Assembly: GCF_006345805.1 (NCBI RefSeq)
Contig: NC_042998.1
Span: 26,598,001 to 26,662,000, forward strand
DNA from: Octopus sinensis
Taxonomy: Eukaryota
DNA length: 64,000 nt
Direction: 5' to 3'
Shown here one piece after another: positions 23,638 through 36,799 of the stretch; within the stretch, counting starts at the first letter, position 1, and every line of letters starts with the position of its first letter. Made by a program: the position numbers and the translations under genes. The notes under the pieces were generated by a model that worked only from the letters and a program-made list of their open reading frames with translations, was not told the DNA's origin and did no database searches.

Positions 23638-26600
23638 TCAGAATTTGGGCACTATGGCCCACTCAAGTAGAGAGTTATTGTTTACAGAGACATATCCGGG
23701 TGTAGGGGGGTTTATCCGGGATTTCTTGAAGGAATCTGTCCAAAGACTTCTTGAACCCTATAGGGTCAGTTTTGTTTAATGTGTTTTGGTGTAATGTTAA
23801 AGAGAGCGGGGCCAATTGAGGTGAAATAATTGTGCCGTATTGTTGTTATGAGATGAGAGTGCGATTTTTGTTTTGGGCGGATGGCACGGGGCCCAAGCCT
23901 TGGATGTACCTTAAAGGTGATGCCAACATCATTTGGGCAATGCTGATGGAATATTTTCCACATCATGCAGATGATGTAGCGCTCACGACGACGTTGGAGA
24001 GAGAATAGAGTTTTAGTTTTCTAGTCGACCCCAATAGTCGAGGCCTGTCATGCCATCTATCTTTTTTGTGATTGCCCTTTGAGGTGCTTCGACTTTTATG
24101 ATACCTTGTATTGTGTGGGGGACCCACAGTGGACAACAGTATTCAAGGTGGGGTGGGGCGGGCAAAAGTGGAGAAGAGAAGGATAATGGTGTGGATATCT
24201 CTCGACTGGAAAGTTCTGAGAATCCAGGAACACATTCTGCGGGCCATGTCAACTTTGGTGTTTATATGAGTGGCCCAGCTTACGTTGTTGTCCACAATTA
24301 CTCCCAAGTCTCTGATGTTGTTGGACGCCGTGAGAGTTTCACCTGAAGGAAGGGAGTATGGGAGTTTCAGGGCATCCTCTTTTCCAAAGTGGATTAGCTC
24401 AAATTTATCCTCGTTCAGCAGCATATTGTTTTTTTCTGCCCATTGGATAACAGCCAGTAGATCTGACTGAAGGCATGTCCGGTCACTCGCCTCATTTATG
24501 ACCTTCTGTAGCTTGGAGTCATCTGCAAAGATTTTTATGTTGCTGTGCTTGATGATGTCATTAATGTCATTAATGTAAATGATGAAAAGAAGTGGGCCCA
24601 GCACAGTGCTTGCGGAACGCCACTACTGACTTTGGCTGGGCTTGATTTTACCCCTTCAACTACAACATGTTGAGATCTGTCTGTCAGGAAACACTTAATC
24701 CATTTCAGTAACTTTCCAGAGACACCAATGTTGGATAGTTTTTTTCAATAGGATCTTGTGATCGACCCTGTCGAAGGCCTTACTGAAATCAAGGTAGATG
24801 ACATCGGTGTTGGAGCCCTCTCCCAAAGCTCTCAAAATGTCCTCAAAGTGATGCAGGAGCTGCGTTAGGCAGTCCCTTCCATTACGGAACCCATGTTGGT
24901 TGGAGATCAGCCGTCTGTTGCTTTCCAGAAATTGGGTTATTTGAGATCTCACCACCCTCTCAAATACCTTGATGATATGAGAGGTGAGTGAGATCGGACG
25001 GAATTCACTGCAAGGGACTTGTTTCCCTTTTTGAAAACTGGGACAACAGACTGGGACAGAAGGTTTTTTGGAATATAGCCAGCATCCAGTGAGTTTCTCC
25101 ACAGATTAGCAAGGGGAGATGCAAGTTGGTGTCGACACACCTTCAGGACACAAGCAGGGAACCTATCGGGGCCTACTGCTGAATTGTGTTTTATTGTTTA
25201 TCGCCGCTAAACATCAGGGGCACTAAACGTTATGTCCGATATAGTGTGTTGGGGGTTGACATCACTGATACAGCCCAGATCGGCCATATCAGGATTGCTG
25301 AAAACAGAGCAGTATTGTTTCTGCAGTATCTCGGCCATGGATTTGGCATTATCTTGGAGAGTGCCAGTTTCGTCAATTAGAGGGCCTACAGTGGAGACAG
25401 TGACCCTGCGTTTCCTCGCAAATGAAAAGAACACTTTGGGGTTGAGTTTGATTTTTTCAATGGCCCACTTCTCCTCAGCTGATCTTTGGTTATTGATGAG
25501 GGACTTCATGCATTGTTGGAGGTTATATTTTTTGGATTCAAGCAGTGCGATAGCCGTCGAATGTGTGTGTTGCTGTTGGCAGTACTTAGTTTGTTAATTT
25601 TTTTGTTTGTTCTTTTTATTTTTATGATAATGGTTTTTCTGTTTTGGGGATTCTGCACTTTTTGTTCACAGGTCTTGGTGGGGAGTGTTTTGCACATAGT
25701 CTGTGACGGTTGTCTACAAAGATCTGCCAAGATGTTTTATGGTTGGTGGAGATGTGTGTATGTGTAAAGGACCAGTCAACATTTGATAGCTCGTTCTGAT
25801 TGCATCCCAGTTGGTTGGGAGATCCATGTTGTCAAATGGGTGGGCTGGAGGAAGGTCACTAGGATTAGCTTTCGGCTGGTGGAATTTCATGTTACAGAGA
25901 ACCATGTCATGGTCTGAAAGAAGGGTTTTTTTCCACTGTAACGTTATGTATAGTGTAGTGTGGTTATAAACACTAGGTCCAAAATGTTCTGATGTCTTGT
26001 TGGTGCAAGGACAAGTTGGGACAAGAAAAACTCATTCGTAAGTCGAAAAGTGACTCTGCTGCTTCTTTGTCAGCGGTTGAGGCGGGAGTGCTTGGTTTCA
26101 AACAGTTGTAGTCCAGTCAACACAGGGTAGATTGAAGTCTCCATCATGAGTATGTTGCTAGAATGGCACTGTTGAATAAAGCAATTAATGCTGTTGAGGC
26201 ATTTTAAAGCACAGTGGGTGTTTGGGGCGGCCTATAGAGTCCAATTACTGTCAGATCATTGGCTTTGTTGTGCACGGGACTGATTCACAGTAGCCGTTGG
26301 AGAATATACTATTTCCATCTGCCGTAAATGAATCATGCAGGAAAATGGCAGTTCCACCCTTCCTCCTGCCGATACGATCCGCGGCGGAGGATGGTTGTGA
26401 AATTCTTCACTCTCACTTCGGCTTCCAAGTGGGAGTTGTCAAGGTGGGTCTCAGTGAGAATGAAGAAAGGGATGTGGTGTGTGTGAATGGTTACCAACCC
26501 AGTCTTCAATGAATTGGACCTTCCATTTTTGTGCATTGATGGAAGGGCTGACACCTTGTGCATTGAGTAGGAATGTGGAGGTAGTGTAGTGGCTGGTTTT

Positions 26601-26660
26601 GACTGTTGCAGGGGGCTTGGATTTTTTGTGTGTTAGTGGCAGCAATGTGGGGAATTGGTG
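23638..26660 (-). pseudogene. LINE ORF2 (APE endonuclease plus reverse transcriptase), frameshifted
   Basis: Motifs LTETHL, LYRPP, MGDFNLP, RPISLTS, QHGFR, YLDFSKAFDRVDH, LGPLLFIIYIND, IFADDSKL and HLEYCCPLW occur across several frames. Confidence 0.92.
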
Positions 26661-26697
26661 CACTGGGGTAATAGCATAGGATGGTGTTGAGTGATGG

Positions 26698-27781
26698 CTA
26701 GAATGTTTTGTGTATCTCTTTTGCCATGTTCAACATGGCTAAAAAAGAATTTTCCTGCTTAGGGAGCAGTTTTGGCTGGAGGTGTGGTTGCACTGTTGGA
26801 TAGGGTTGTAGTTTCCACTTTTGTTGTTGTTGTTTTTGTGTCTTCCTGAAAAGACTGGACCAGCATTACTGCAGCATGGTGTTTTTATTTTTATTGTTAT
26901 TCAGGTTTGTGTGTTGGCTTGAGGCCCCGTTTCTGTTTGTGCGTCGGGTCCCTGGAAGATGAGTGAAGGGACAGTCACTCAGTAGACATATTCTCTCACG
27001 TTGGGAATACCGGCAGATTTTGGGACTCCGAGTTGTGTGTGTTTGAATTTCGATTTACTATTTGGTGGTGTTGATGTTATTGTGGATGCGTGCTTTGGCC
27101 TTGGCCAGTAGTGCGTCTAGTGCCGGGTAGATGCGTGAAGATGCAGTCACTATTTGTGCAGAGTCTCTGGCGCAGTGAATAGCGGCATATTTGGGGATTT
27201 CTTGTTTGTGCCGTGGGGGGCGCATCTGCTTCCTATGTTTCTTAAGTTTTTGTTACTGCAGTAGTATTGAGGTGGTGATGTGGGGGAAGAGGGCAGTGGT
27301 TTCTTATTTGGTTTTCTGTTGGTTTTTTGGTGATAGAAGACGATGGTGGCAGCGGTGGTGATGATGATGATGATAATTGTGGTGGTTGCTGTGAGAGCGG
27401 TGAAAAGATACTGGCATTTAGTGAATCGTCTAGTAAGCTAGAGTTGAGGAGTGGCTGTTGTTGTTCTTGTTGTGGGCTGTTGTTGTTGTTGTTGTGCCTG
27501 ACCGATGTCAGGGTCAGCCATTGTGTTGGGAACCAGGAGTGGCTCATTCTGTTGTTGTGTTGTTGTGGCTGCTGATTTTCTAGCTGTTGTTGTTCTTGAA
27601 CTGTGAAAATATGTAGAAGCTTTTCATAATGGCCTCTTATCAGTTTGAAAGATACTTCGATATGTTTCAACTTGCTACGAATCTGTTTGACGGATCGTGT
27701 GTTGACCACTTGTGATGTTTTTTCGGCAATCTCATTCAAACACAAGACATTTAGATTTTCTGTTTGGAAAGAGAGAGCCAT
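26698..27781 (-). pseudogene. LINE ORF1 with Q/N/P-rich linker and two CCCH-type zinc fingers
   Basis: ORF 27242-27781 is followed by ICRYSLRQRLCTNSDCIFTH (27131-27190) and ICRYSQRERICLLSDCPFTH (26959-27018) in shifted frames. Confidence 0.7.
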
Positions 27782-28171
27782 GTGTTTATTAAAACATCAA
27801 TTTCGTTATCAGACCAATTTCGTCTGTTGCAGGCCTGCAAGTTAGTCATGTTTGTTTTTCTTTGTTTTGTTTTCCTTTTGATTTTTGAAAATATATATAT
27901 TCTTTCTTGGGAGTTAAAGAAGTGTATATATATATAAATGTTCTCTCTTAAGGGTGTGAGTTTTTGATTATTTGGTTGTTTGAGGATATCAAAAGAAAAA
28001 CAGGTGTATATAACAATTTGTAGTTAAATGAAAACGTACTTACGGGTTTGTAGGCAAACACGTGGTTACAAATATATATATATTTAAGGTCAGTTAGTTT
28101 TGAAGCTGTGTTGCTTGCTACTGACTCAGGAGAGAAACAAATAGACGTCCGTCCAGTTCAACAGTTAATCC

Positions 28172-28507
28172 ATGTATATCTATGTATATATATATATATG
28201 TATATGTATATATATGTGTATATATATGTATATGTATATGTATATATATGTGTTATATATATGTATATATATGTGTATATATATATGTATATATATGTGT
28301 ATATATATGTATATATATGTATATATATATGTATATATATATGTGTATAATATGTATATATATATGTATATATATATGTATATATGTATTAATATATATG
28401 TATGTATATATATATGTAATGTATATATATATGTATATATATATATGTATGTATATATGTATATATATATATATATATATATTATGTATATATATATATA
28501 TATATAG

Positions 28508-28570
<63 letters not shown>

Positions 28571-28657
28571 TATATATATATATGTATATATATATGTATA
28601 TATATGTATATATATATGTATATATATGTATAATATATATGTATATATATGTATATA

Positions 28658-28709
<52 letters not shown>

Positions 28710-28740
28710 GTGTGTTGTGGTGTGTGTGTGTGTGTGTGTG
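28172..28740. repeat. Compound (TA)n/(TATG)n microsatellite, about 570 bp
   Basis: Seen directly. It is the source of the MYIYIY ORFs. Confidence 0.95.
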
Positions 28741-28954
28741 TTTGTCCTTCATCACTGCTTGACAACTGTTGTTGGTTTATTTACATCTCCATAAATTACT
28801 GGTTTGACAAGAAGAGACTGATAGAATAAGTATCAGGCTTATCAAAATTAAATTAAAGCACTGGGGTCGATTCATTCGACAAAAAATTCTTCAAGGCAGT
28901 GTTTCATAATTTTGTCTCCCCACTCAATTGTATCTATGAATATATATTTATGTC

Positions 28955-29500
28955 AGGTCACTTTCGAGTGCTACTGGTAACATGTAACCCAGTACTACCT
29001 GTTGCATGGTCGGGTCGTCAGCGACTAAACCAGCAACCCCATCAAGCTTGCTTGGTGAGGAGGGTGTTTATTGGTCACCCTGCGGGATGAAAAACAAAAC
29101 CCGTCAAAGGGCGGAGGAACTCTTGAGAATCAACGGCCATCCAATAAATGTCTTAAGGCTGTATCATGCGCGGGGACATAGAAATAATCGGACTGAATAC
29201 CCAATCGCGCAGTTAAACCATTGGGAGTGAAGGACTCCTAGCCTTTGTTAGGGCATCCTTCTAGGAGAAGGTAACTCAGGTAACTGGGATAACTCCAACA
29301 TAAAACCTGCGGCTCAGTGGTTACCGATGATGTTGACTTGTTCTTCTTTACGGATTATGGCTGCTGTTGCTTAGTGAGTGGGATTGACTCAGTGCACAGC
29401 CTTTCCTCACTTAAAAAAAAATATTCTTACACAGGCATTGCACGATAACAACATTAAGCTTCGTGCAATGGCCATACTCGATAATGAGGGGGCAGCCACC
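28955..29500 (+). mobile_element. Probable RTE-clade LINE 5' UTR fragment
   Basis: GC-richer island with GGGCATCCTTCTAGGAGAAGGTAACTC...AAACCTGCGG, resembling RTE 5' UTR motifs (recalled). No ORF. Confidence 0.35.
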
Positions 29501-29560
29501 ATATATATATATATATAATACACATACACACACACATGTATGTATATGTGCATATTTTTA

Positions 29561-29916
29561 TCTATTATATCCAAATCAATGTCTTTATGTGCATTTGTGT
29601 GTTACTTATAGATTAGAAAACTACTGAACATTTTAGAGCTCCATGTGCTCCATTTTTCAGGCGCAAAAACCTTTGAATAGGTTTCATAAGATTTGGATTT
29701 TGGAATCTGGGCATAAAGATGAGTAGTATGGGATATGTCATTATTAGAATTTTTGTTAGGGTGTGTAAAGAGGGAAAGAACCCTCATTAAAATTCTTAAT
29801 CTGCAATTTTAATGAAATTTGAATCATAAGTATTCCAGTTCATTAGAGAAAATATAAAAGAAAAGTCTAATTCTTCAGTTCCATGTGGTACGGGCAAAGC
29901 CGGGTATCTCTGCTAG
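29561..29916 (+). mobile_element. Non-autonomous Helitron
   Basis: A|TC start, GGGCAAAGCCGGG hairpin and CTAG|T end. A 3'-end remnant of the same type lies at 9118-9150. Confidence 0.8.
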
Positions 29917-30631
29917 TTTATTTATATTATGATATTACATGATATACTATGAATATAATATAACATAATATTATATAACATAAACAATTATTAACACACC
30001 TCTTTGAAGGATCTCTTTTCCTCTGTTTGTTACTTTATATGTGTGTGTGTATGTATGTATGTATCTATGCACACATATGACTGGCTTCTTTTAGTTTCCA
30101 TCTGCCAACTGCCAAATCTGCTGACAAGGCTTTGGTCAGCCCATAACTATAGTAGAACACACTTGTTCAATGTGCAACACAACAGTGGGACTGAACCTGG
30201 AACCACATGATCATGAAGCAAGCTTCTTATCACAGTCACACCTGATCTCTCCCCCAACTTTATTTTTAATGAACAATCATTTGTTCAGTTAACTGTATTG
30301 CCTCCTCATTAAATTAAGGTGTAATTAAGGGTAGGTATTCTACAGAGAGTATATACCCTTAATGTAATTCTCAGGTAACAATAGCAAGACACAATACATA
30401 ACAAGGCTGAACCTTTCAATTACACTCCATCTGAGGGGTTTCCATGTAGTTTCTCTTGACGTAATTTCACTCACCTTTGACCCGCTAGTAAAAGATATTC
30501 TTGCCCAAATGTTGAACACTGGTTCTGTGCCTGGGACCACATGACAATGCAGTGAACATCTTCAGCATTCAGCATTAGAGGAAACACTGATATGTAAACA
30601 AAATGCACTGCTTCTTTTATATATTATTATT

Positions 30632-31460
30632 TAGGTGGCGAGCTGGCAGAAACGTTAGCATGCCGGGCGAAATGCTTAGCGGTATTTCATCTGCCACTAC
30701 GTTCTGAGTTCAAATTCTGCCGAGGTTGACTTTGCCTTTCATCCTTTCGGGGTCGATAAATTAAGTACCAGTTACACACTGGGGTTGATGTAATCGACTT
30801 AATCCCTTTGTCTGTCCTTGTTTGTCCCCTCTGTGTGTAGCCCCTTGTGGGCAGTAAAGAAATAGGTATTTCGCCTGTCGCTACAATCTGAGTTGAAATT
30901 CCACCGAGGTCGATTTTGCCTTTCATCCTTTCAGTGTCAATAAATTAAGTACCAGTCAAGTACTGGGGTCAATGTAATCATCTAGTCTCCTCCTCTGAAA
31001 TTTCAGGCCTTGTGCCTTTAGTAGAAAGGATTACTATTATTATTATGGCAGTGAACCAGCAGAATCATAAGAATGCTTAGTGGTATTTTGCCTGTCACTA
31101 CAATCTGAGTTCAAATTCCGCTGAGGTCAGCTTTGCCTTTCATCCATTCGGGGTTGATAAATTAAATACCAGTTGTGTACTGGGGTCAATGTAATCACCT
31201 AGTCCCCTCTTCTGAAATTTCAGGCCTTGTGCCTTTAGTAGAAAGGGTTATTATTTATTTTATCAAGGCTGTCAGAACCATAAGCAAGCTGAGCATAACG
31301 CTTGGCAGCATTTCATCCATTTTTATATTCTCTGTTTAACTTTCACTGAGGTCTATTGCCTTTCATCCTTCTGGGGTCAATAAGATAAGTACCCGTCAAG
31401 CACTGGCATCGATGTAATCAACTCCCCCTCCCCTCAAAAATTGCTGGCCCTGTGCTAAAA
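30632..31460 (+). mobile_element. Cluster of SINE family B copies (long and short tail variants)
   Basis: Four core blocks separated by (ATT)n. One dimer junction at 30859-30872. Confidence 0.8.
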
Positions 31461-31788
31461 TTTGAAACCATTATTAGTCATCTTATTTTGTTCTAATGAT
31501 TTAATTTTCTAATTTGTATTTTTGAACTCTCTCTTTTTTCTCTCTCACACACACACAAACGCATACACACATACAAACACACATACACTCAAACACATGT
31601 GCACACAAACACATACATACACACACACACACACTTACATATATTATTTTTATATTCGTTTTCCAAGATCCTTGATGAGAAATTATATGTTGAAACAGAT
31701 GTTATGTCTTACTGGGGGTCATCTTGCCATGAAATAGTTATATTTCACTCTTATTATTATTATTATTATTATTATTATCGTCCAACTT

Positions 31789-31929
31789 ATTGATTGCTTG
31801 ACCAGTTGCTTGAGCAATCAATTGGCTGGAACAGGTGAAGGCATGTCAATGATGAAGTCACAAACAACAATGAAAGGAGTCTGACAAACCAGTCGATTGA
31901 GTGATCAAACAATTGGTCAAGCAATCAAT
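31789..31929 (+). repeat. Mini foldback (41-bp arms) with a degenerate hammerhead-like loop
   Basis: 31789-31829 pairs with 31889-31929. The spacer holds TGTCA-ATGATGA...GAAAGGA-GTC-TGACA (31844-31886). Confidence 0.65.
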
Positions 31930-32456
31930 TAGTTAATTAGTTAGCTAGTTAACTGATAATAATTTAAAAAAAAAAACAGTTTAACCTCTGAGTGTATGAA
32001 ATTGCTATTTTAATTTTTATTCACTTGTTTTTCAATTTATTTTTTTAAAGCTTATATTTCTTTTAATTTTCTTTTTTTATTTCTTTACTTTGCTAAACTT
32101 CTTTTTATTCTTTTGTTGTTTTTTTTTTACATTGTTACATTTTATATTTAACAGTATCGACCAGGCATTTTGGATGTTGTTATATGTTGTTGGTCACAAT
32201 ATACTTTGTATTGTTATAGCTTTAGAATGGTGCCACTCTGCTGGTTAGGTCAGCAGACCAGCATTCCCCCTTTTCAGAAGGCCACTCCATCACAGGATTA
32301 TTCAGTTACAGCTGACCGTCTTAAAACAATATGAAATGAAGTGTTTTGTTCAAGAGTACAACACACAGCCAATCTGGGAATTGAAACCCCAATCTTACAA
32401 TCACAAGTACAATATACCTAACCACTCACCTTCATATTATACATGTATGTCCTTTT

Positions 32457-33060
32457 AAGGCGGCGTGCTGGCAGAAACCTTAGCGCACCGGGCAAAATGG
32501 TTAGCGGTATTTCATCTGCTGCTACGTTCTGAGTTCAAATTCCGCCGAGGTCGACTTTACCTTTCATCATTTTGGGGTCGATAAATTAAGTACCAGTTAC
32601 ACACTGGGGTTGATGCAAAATGCTTAGCGGTATATCGTCTGCCACTACGTTCTGAGTTCAAATTCCACCAAGGTCGACTTTGCCTTTCATCATTTTGGGG
32701 TTGATAAATTATGTACCAGTTACGCACTGTGGTTGATGTAATCGACTTAATCCGTTTGTCTGTCCTTGTTTGTCCTCTCTGTGTTTAGCCCCTTGTGGGC
32801 AATAAAGAAATATATACATGTATGTCCTTCTATGTTACAATCCAGTTTTAAGTCATTATTTTTCTTTAAAAAGGTGGCAAACTGGCAGAATCGTTAGCAT
32901 GGTGGATGAAATGCTTAGCAGTATTTCGCCTGTTGCTACATTCTGGGTTCAAATTCTGCCGAGGTCGATAAATTAAGTACCAGTTACGCACTGGGGTCTA
33001 TATAATCGACTAGTCCCCTCCCCCAAATTTCAGGCTTTGTGCCTTCAATAGAAAGGATTA
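32457..33060 (+). mobile_element. SINE family B dimer plus a third copy
   Basis: Repeated head/core blocks. Confidence 0.8.
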
Positions 33061-33146
33061 CTTTTCTTTCAAAAGGAGGAATGGTCCAGAATACAGTTTA
33101 GGCAATGAACCAAGCAATGTTTCGTTGTGCCTTTATTAGTTTATAT

Positions 33147-34488
33147 CAGTGTTTCTCAACCGGGGTTTCCCAGAACCCTAGGGTTCTGCAAGAAAGAATG
33201 AGATAGGCTAATGCTAATTTCATGATCGTAATATTACTATACATGCACAAAACATTATTGGTTTTTCTAATATTGTAATATAGACATCATCCTATCTAAC
33301 ATATCATATATATATATGTATATATATATCAACTGTCATATTGTTGTTGAATGCTCGAAATGGGGAGTAGATAGACAGCTAACAACAGATGAAGGATCAT
33401 TTCTCTGTGTTTACTTGTCCTGTTTTCCATTTTTTCCGTTGTCTATGTATTTTATGTTGTTTACACAGTTGGTCATGTCCTGTACCAAAATATGCATATA
33501 TATATATTATTTATTATTATTTTATATATACATATATATTATTCATTAAATATTTTATATATATATTATATAATATTATTCATATCAATACAGTGTACAT
33601 TTAAGCACATAAGAGGTATCCGTCATAGGATTCTTTTCATGCTAGAAAGAACAGCTAAAGTTCAAACCACTATTAGGGATTAAAAACTCGAAGGGAATGA
33701 AAAAATAAAAACATTTACCATCTATTATTCCCCTCGAGATTTTTATCCCTAATAGTGGTTTGGACTTTAGCTGTGCCTTCTACCATGAAAAGAATCCTAT
33801 GAGGGATACCTCTTATGTGTTTAAATGTATACTGTATTTATATGAATAATATATAGTCTATTGACTAATTTTTCTATACACTAGGCCAATGGTAGTAAAC
33901 ATTTCTAAAATATTTATTACCCTGATATTATTAATTATTATATATACATACTTTTATTCTTTTACTTGTTTCAGTCATTTGACTGTGGCCATCCTGGAGC
34001 ACCACCTTTAGTCGATATTCTTTGTAAGCCTAGTACTTATCCTATCGGTACCTTTTGCCAAACTACTAAGTTAGTGGGACGTAAACACACCAGCATTGGT
34101 TGTCAAGCCATGCTGGGGAGACAAACACAGACACACATACATACATACATACATATATATATATATACGATGGGCTTCTTTCAGTTTCTGTCTACCAAAT
34201 CTGCTCACAAGGCTTTGGTCAGCCTGAGGCTATAGTAGAAGACCCCTTGCCTAAGGTGCCATGCAGTGGGACTTAACCCAGAACCATGTGGTTGGTAAGC
34301 AAGCTACTTACCACACAGCCACTCCTATTGCCTATAATTTTATATATATGATGTTTACCATGTGAACTACAATGAAGAAAATGAGAAAGATATGTTATGT
34401 AATCTTTAATCTTTTTTGTGCAGGGGTTCCTTGAGACATCTAATTTATTTTAAGGGTTATGCAAGGGTAAAAAGGTTGAGAAACACTG
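33147..34488. mobile_element. hAT (Charlie-like) non-autonomous element with nested inserts
   Basis: TIRs CAGTGTTTCTCAACC / GGTTGAGAAACACTG. The 8-bp flanks GTTTATAT and GCTTACAT match at 6 of 8 positions. Related ends at about 2411, 12405 and 51882. Confidence 0.65.
33574..33851. repeat. Long inverted repeat (about 125-bp arms, 28-bp spacer)
   Basis: 33574-33698 is the near reverse complement of 33727-33851. Confidence 0.9.
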
Positions 34489-36799
34489 GCTTACATACTC
34501 TTATTCTATATCTTCTCTTTTACTTGTTTTAGTCATTGGACTGAGACCATTCTGGGGCACTGGCTTGAAGGGTTTTAATCAAACTCAATACTTAGTTTTT
34601 TTAAATTTAGACTTTATTCTGTCAGTCTCTGATAATATATAGTTATTTAATTGGGTACCATAGTTTAGTTGAGAATTGAATAAAATATCTTTTTGCATTT
34701 GCATAACAATCAGAAAATATGAAGAAAAGTTTGCACTTGCTTCTGGTCTTGATGTCTCGTGAGGCAGTTAGTATGATTGGTTCTGTTAATACCAAAAATG
34801 ATATACCAGGGCACTTTGAAGGGATGGAGGAAAAGACAAAATTGGCTCCAGTGTGGTTTGAATTTATAACATAGGCAGACAGGTTTAAATAATATAAGCC
34901 ATTTTTGTCATGCAGTCTACCATTTCAGGTCCATGGAAATATTTGATAAATTGATAAATTTTCAGTTGAATGATTTAGCAAATATTTTTATGTTTATTGT
35001 AATTAAATTTATTTGCAATGTGTTTATTTAAGTTCTATTTCGCAGGATGCTGACACCATTTCAGAGTCTATACGTCATTTACATTTGTACATTTTGTCTT
35101 ACATTTACTTTCCAATTTTCTTCAAATTATCTCACATTTTTCCTATCTGTTATAAAACACTGTATTTATTGTTTCTTCTTTTCCATATATCTTAATTTTG
35201 TCTTGTTTCAATTCTTCCTAAAGGAGAAATTTGTATCTCAAATTGTATGCATGAGCTTCCTGCTTCATTTTAATAAATCTAATTTCAAGAAAAACGTAAG
35301 ATATATTACAAAAATATTTAAGAAAAGAGAAAAAAAAAGGCAATTCAAAATTAAGAGGGAAGAAAACTAAAATACATGAAAATTATGCAAATTTCCTGAA
35401 TGATGATCAGTTTCATGAGTTAAAACAATTTAAAGAGTTTGTATGGTTATTACCATTAAAGTAATTAAATTAAAGATATTATCAAAGACATATGAGACTT
35501 AAAAATAGCTGATATACTAGGAAACAAAAGTTGTTCTATCTGCCAGTAAAAACTACGTAGAGAATCTGACATGATGATTCACATAAAATACCAAACGTAT
35601 ATCAATTAACGGAAAATACTAAGAAACATTCTTTCACTCTTTATCAGATACATTCGTTTTAGTATGAGTCTTGACAACAAACTCGTTCAATAAAACAGAC
35701 AATACAGCTATAGTTTCAAATAAAAGAACATTTTTATTTTATTTCTGAAATTCATAAACCTATTCAGGTAGATATAACAGATTTTCTTTAGAAAATAACA
35801 AAACAAAAGGGGGAAAGAAAAAAAAGTAAAAGCAGCTGTCAGCTTTAGAATCACTAAATGTTGACAAAACAACTAGTGTCAAATAAAATATTGAAGGGAA
35901 AAAATAGATTAAAAAAAAAGTAACTGCCTAAAGCAGATAAATCTTAAAAACTAATAAAATATATCGTTATTGAAAGTAAAAATGAGATAAAAAGAGAGCA
36001 AGAAAGAACTATTATTATTGCTATTTGTTTTATCAATGTTGTTATTATTGCTATTGTTGTTGTTGTTATTATTATTATTATAGACAGCAGTAAATGTATA
36101 GCATTGGAATGAATGCAGTGTGGTGTTTAGTTACATCTCTTTATGTTTTCAATTCAAATCCTGCAAGCCTTAGCTTATTCTTTCATCCTTCCAGGATCAA
36201 TGAAATAAATGCCGGTCAACAACGGAACACTGTCCTAATTAACTACACCTTACCCCAAGCTTAATATAGGCCTTGTGCCTATATTGCAAACAATTATCAT
36301 TTTATCAAAAGCCCAGGAAGGGTACACCGGTCACATGCATTATAACTATATGTGTGCGACATGGTGATCCTATATCAAGATAAACGGTACATAACCTTGC
36401 AGGTGGGACCCAGTTAAAATTTTCTTCAGGTTGAGTAGCCCATCCCACTCAAAAGGTCCCTGAATAAGGGTTGTTTAAGGATGTTGAACAAAACACCCAT
36501 GTTTCCTGAGGTGAATTATTCAAACCACAAAGAATTCCTCTCAACACATGGCTATGATGCTCCCCAACTACTTCTGCTTGTGATCAGAGATGCACATATT
36601 GTCAGCCACTTAGGGACATGCTCAACTGGTTAAGGTCAAACAACTGACAAGCAAATCTGTGGTATTGAGCAGAATATTTGCTGCAGCCCATCTTTTATAT
36701 CAAGACAAAACATGTACATGATAACACTTCCAATTTCTTATTATTTTTCTTATTATTCATATAGATTAGACTGTTGCTAAAACAAAAAAAAAAATTCCT

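Larger units (their letters stand above)
23557..28172 (-). mobile_element. Near full-length CR1-group (Jockey superfamily) LINE, decayed
   Basis: 5' UTR, ORF1, ORF2 with apurinic endonuclease and RT, a short 3' UTR with a stem-loop, and a TATCAA(A)G tail. Confidence 0.9.
23270..28905 (+). mobile_element. SINE family A split by a LINE insertion
   Basis: 5' half at about 23270-23430 and 3' half at about 28740-28905, separated by (TA)n-LINE-(TA)n. Confidence 0.7.

Noticed and set aside
28108-28829. Long MYIY/YIHI ORFs (also 45651-46490, 23012-23569, 60696-61029, 14453-14738)
   Set aside because: They are translations of (TA)n/(TG)n microsatellites, which lack stop codons in some frames.
33340-33400. 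GCTCGAAAT and CAGATGAAGG fragments suggestive of a hammerhead
   Set aside because: The pieces are in the wrong order and the stems cannot be closed. At most a truncated Penelope-like end.
36300-36730. GC-richer block that looks like an interspersed repeat or solo LTR
   Set aside because: Only one copy in the window, and no TSD, TIR or ORF that I can verify, so it is left unclassified.
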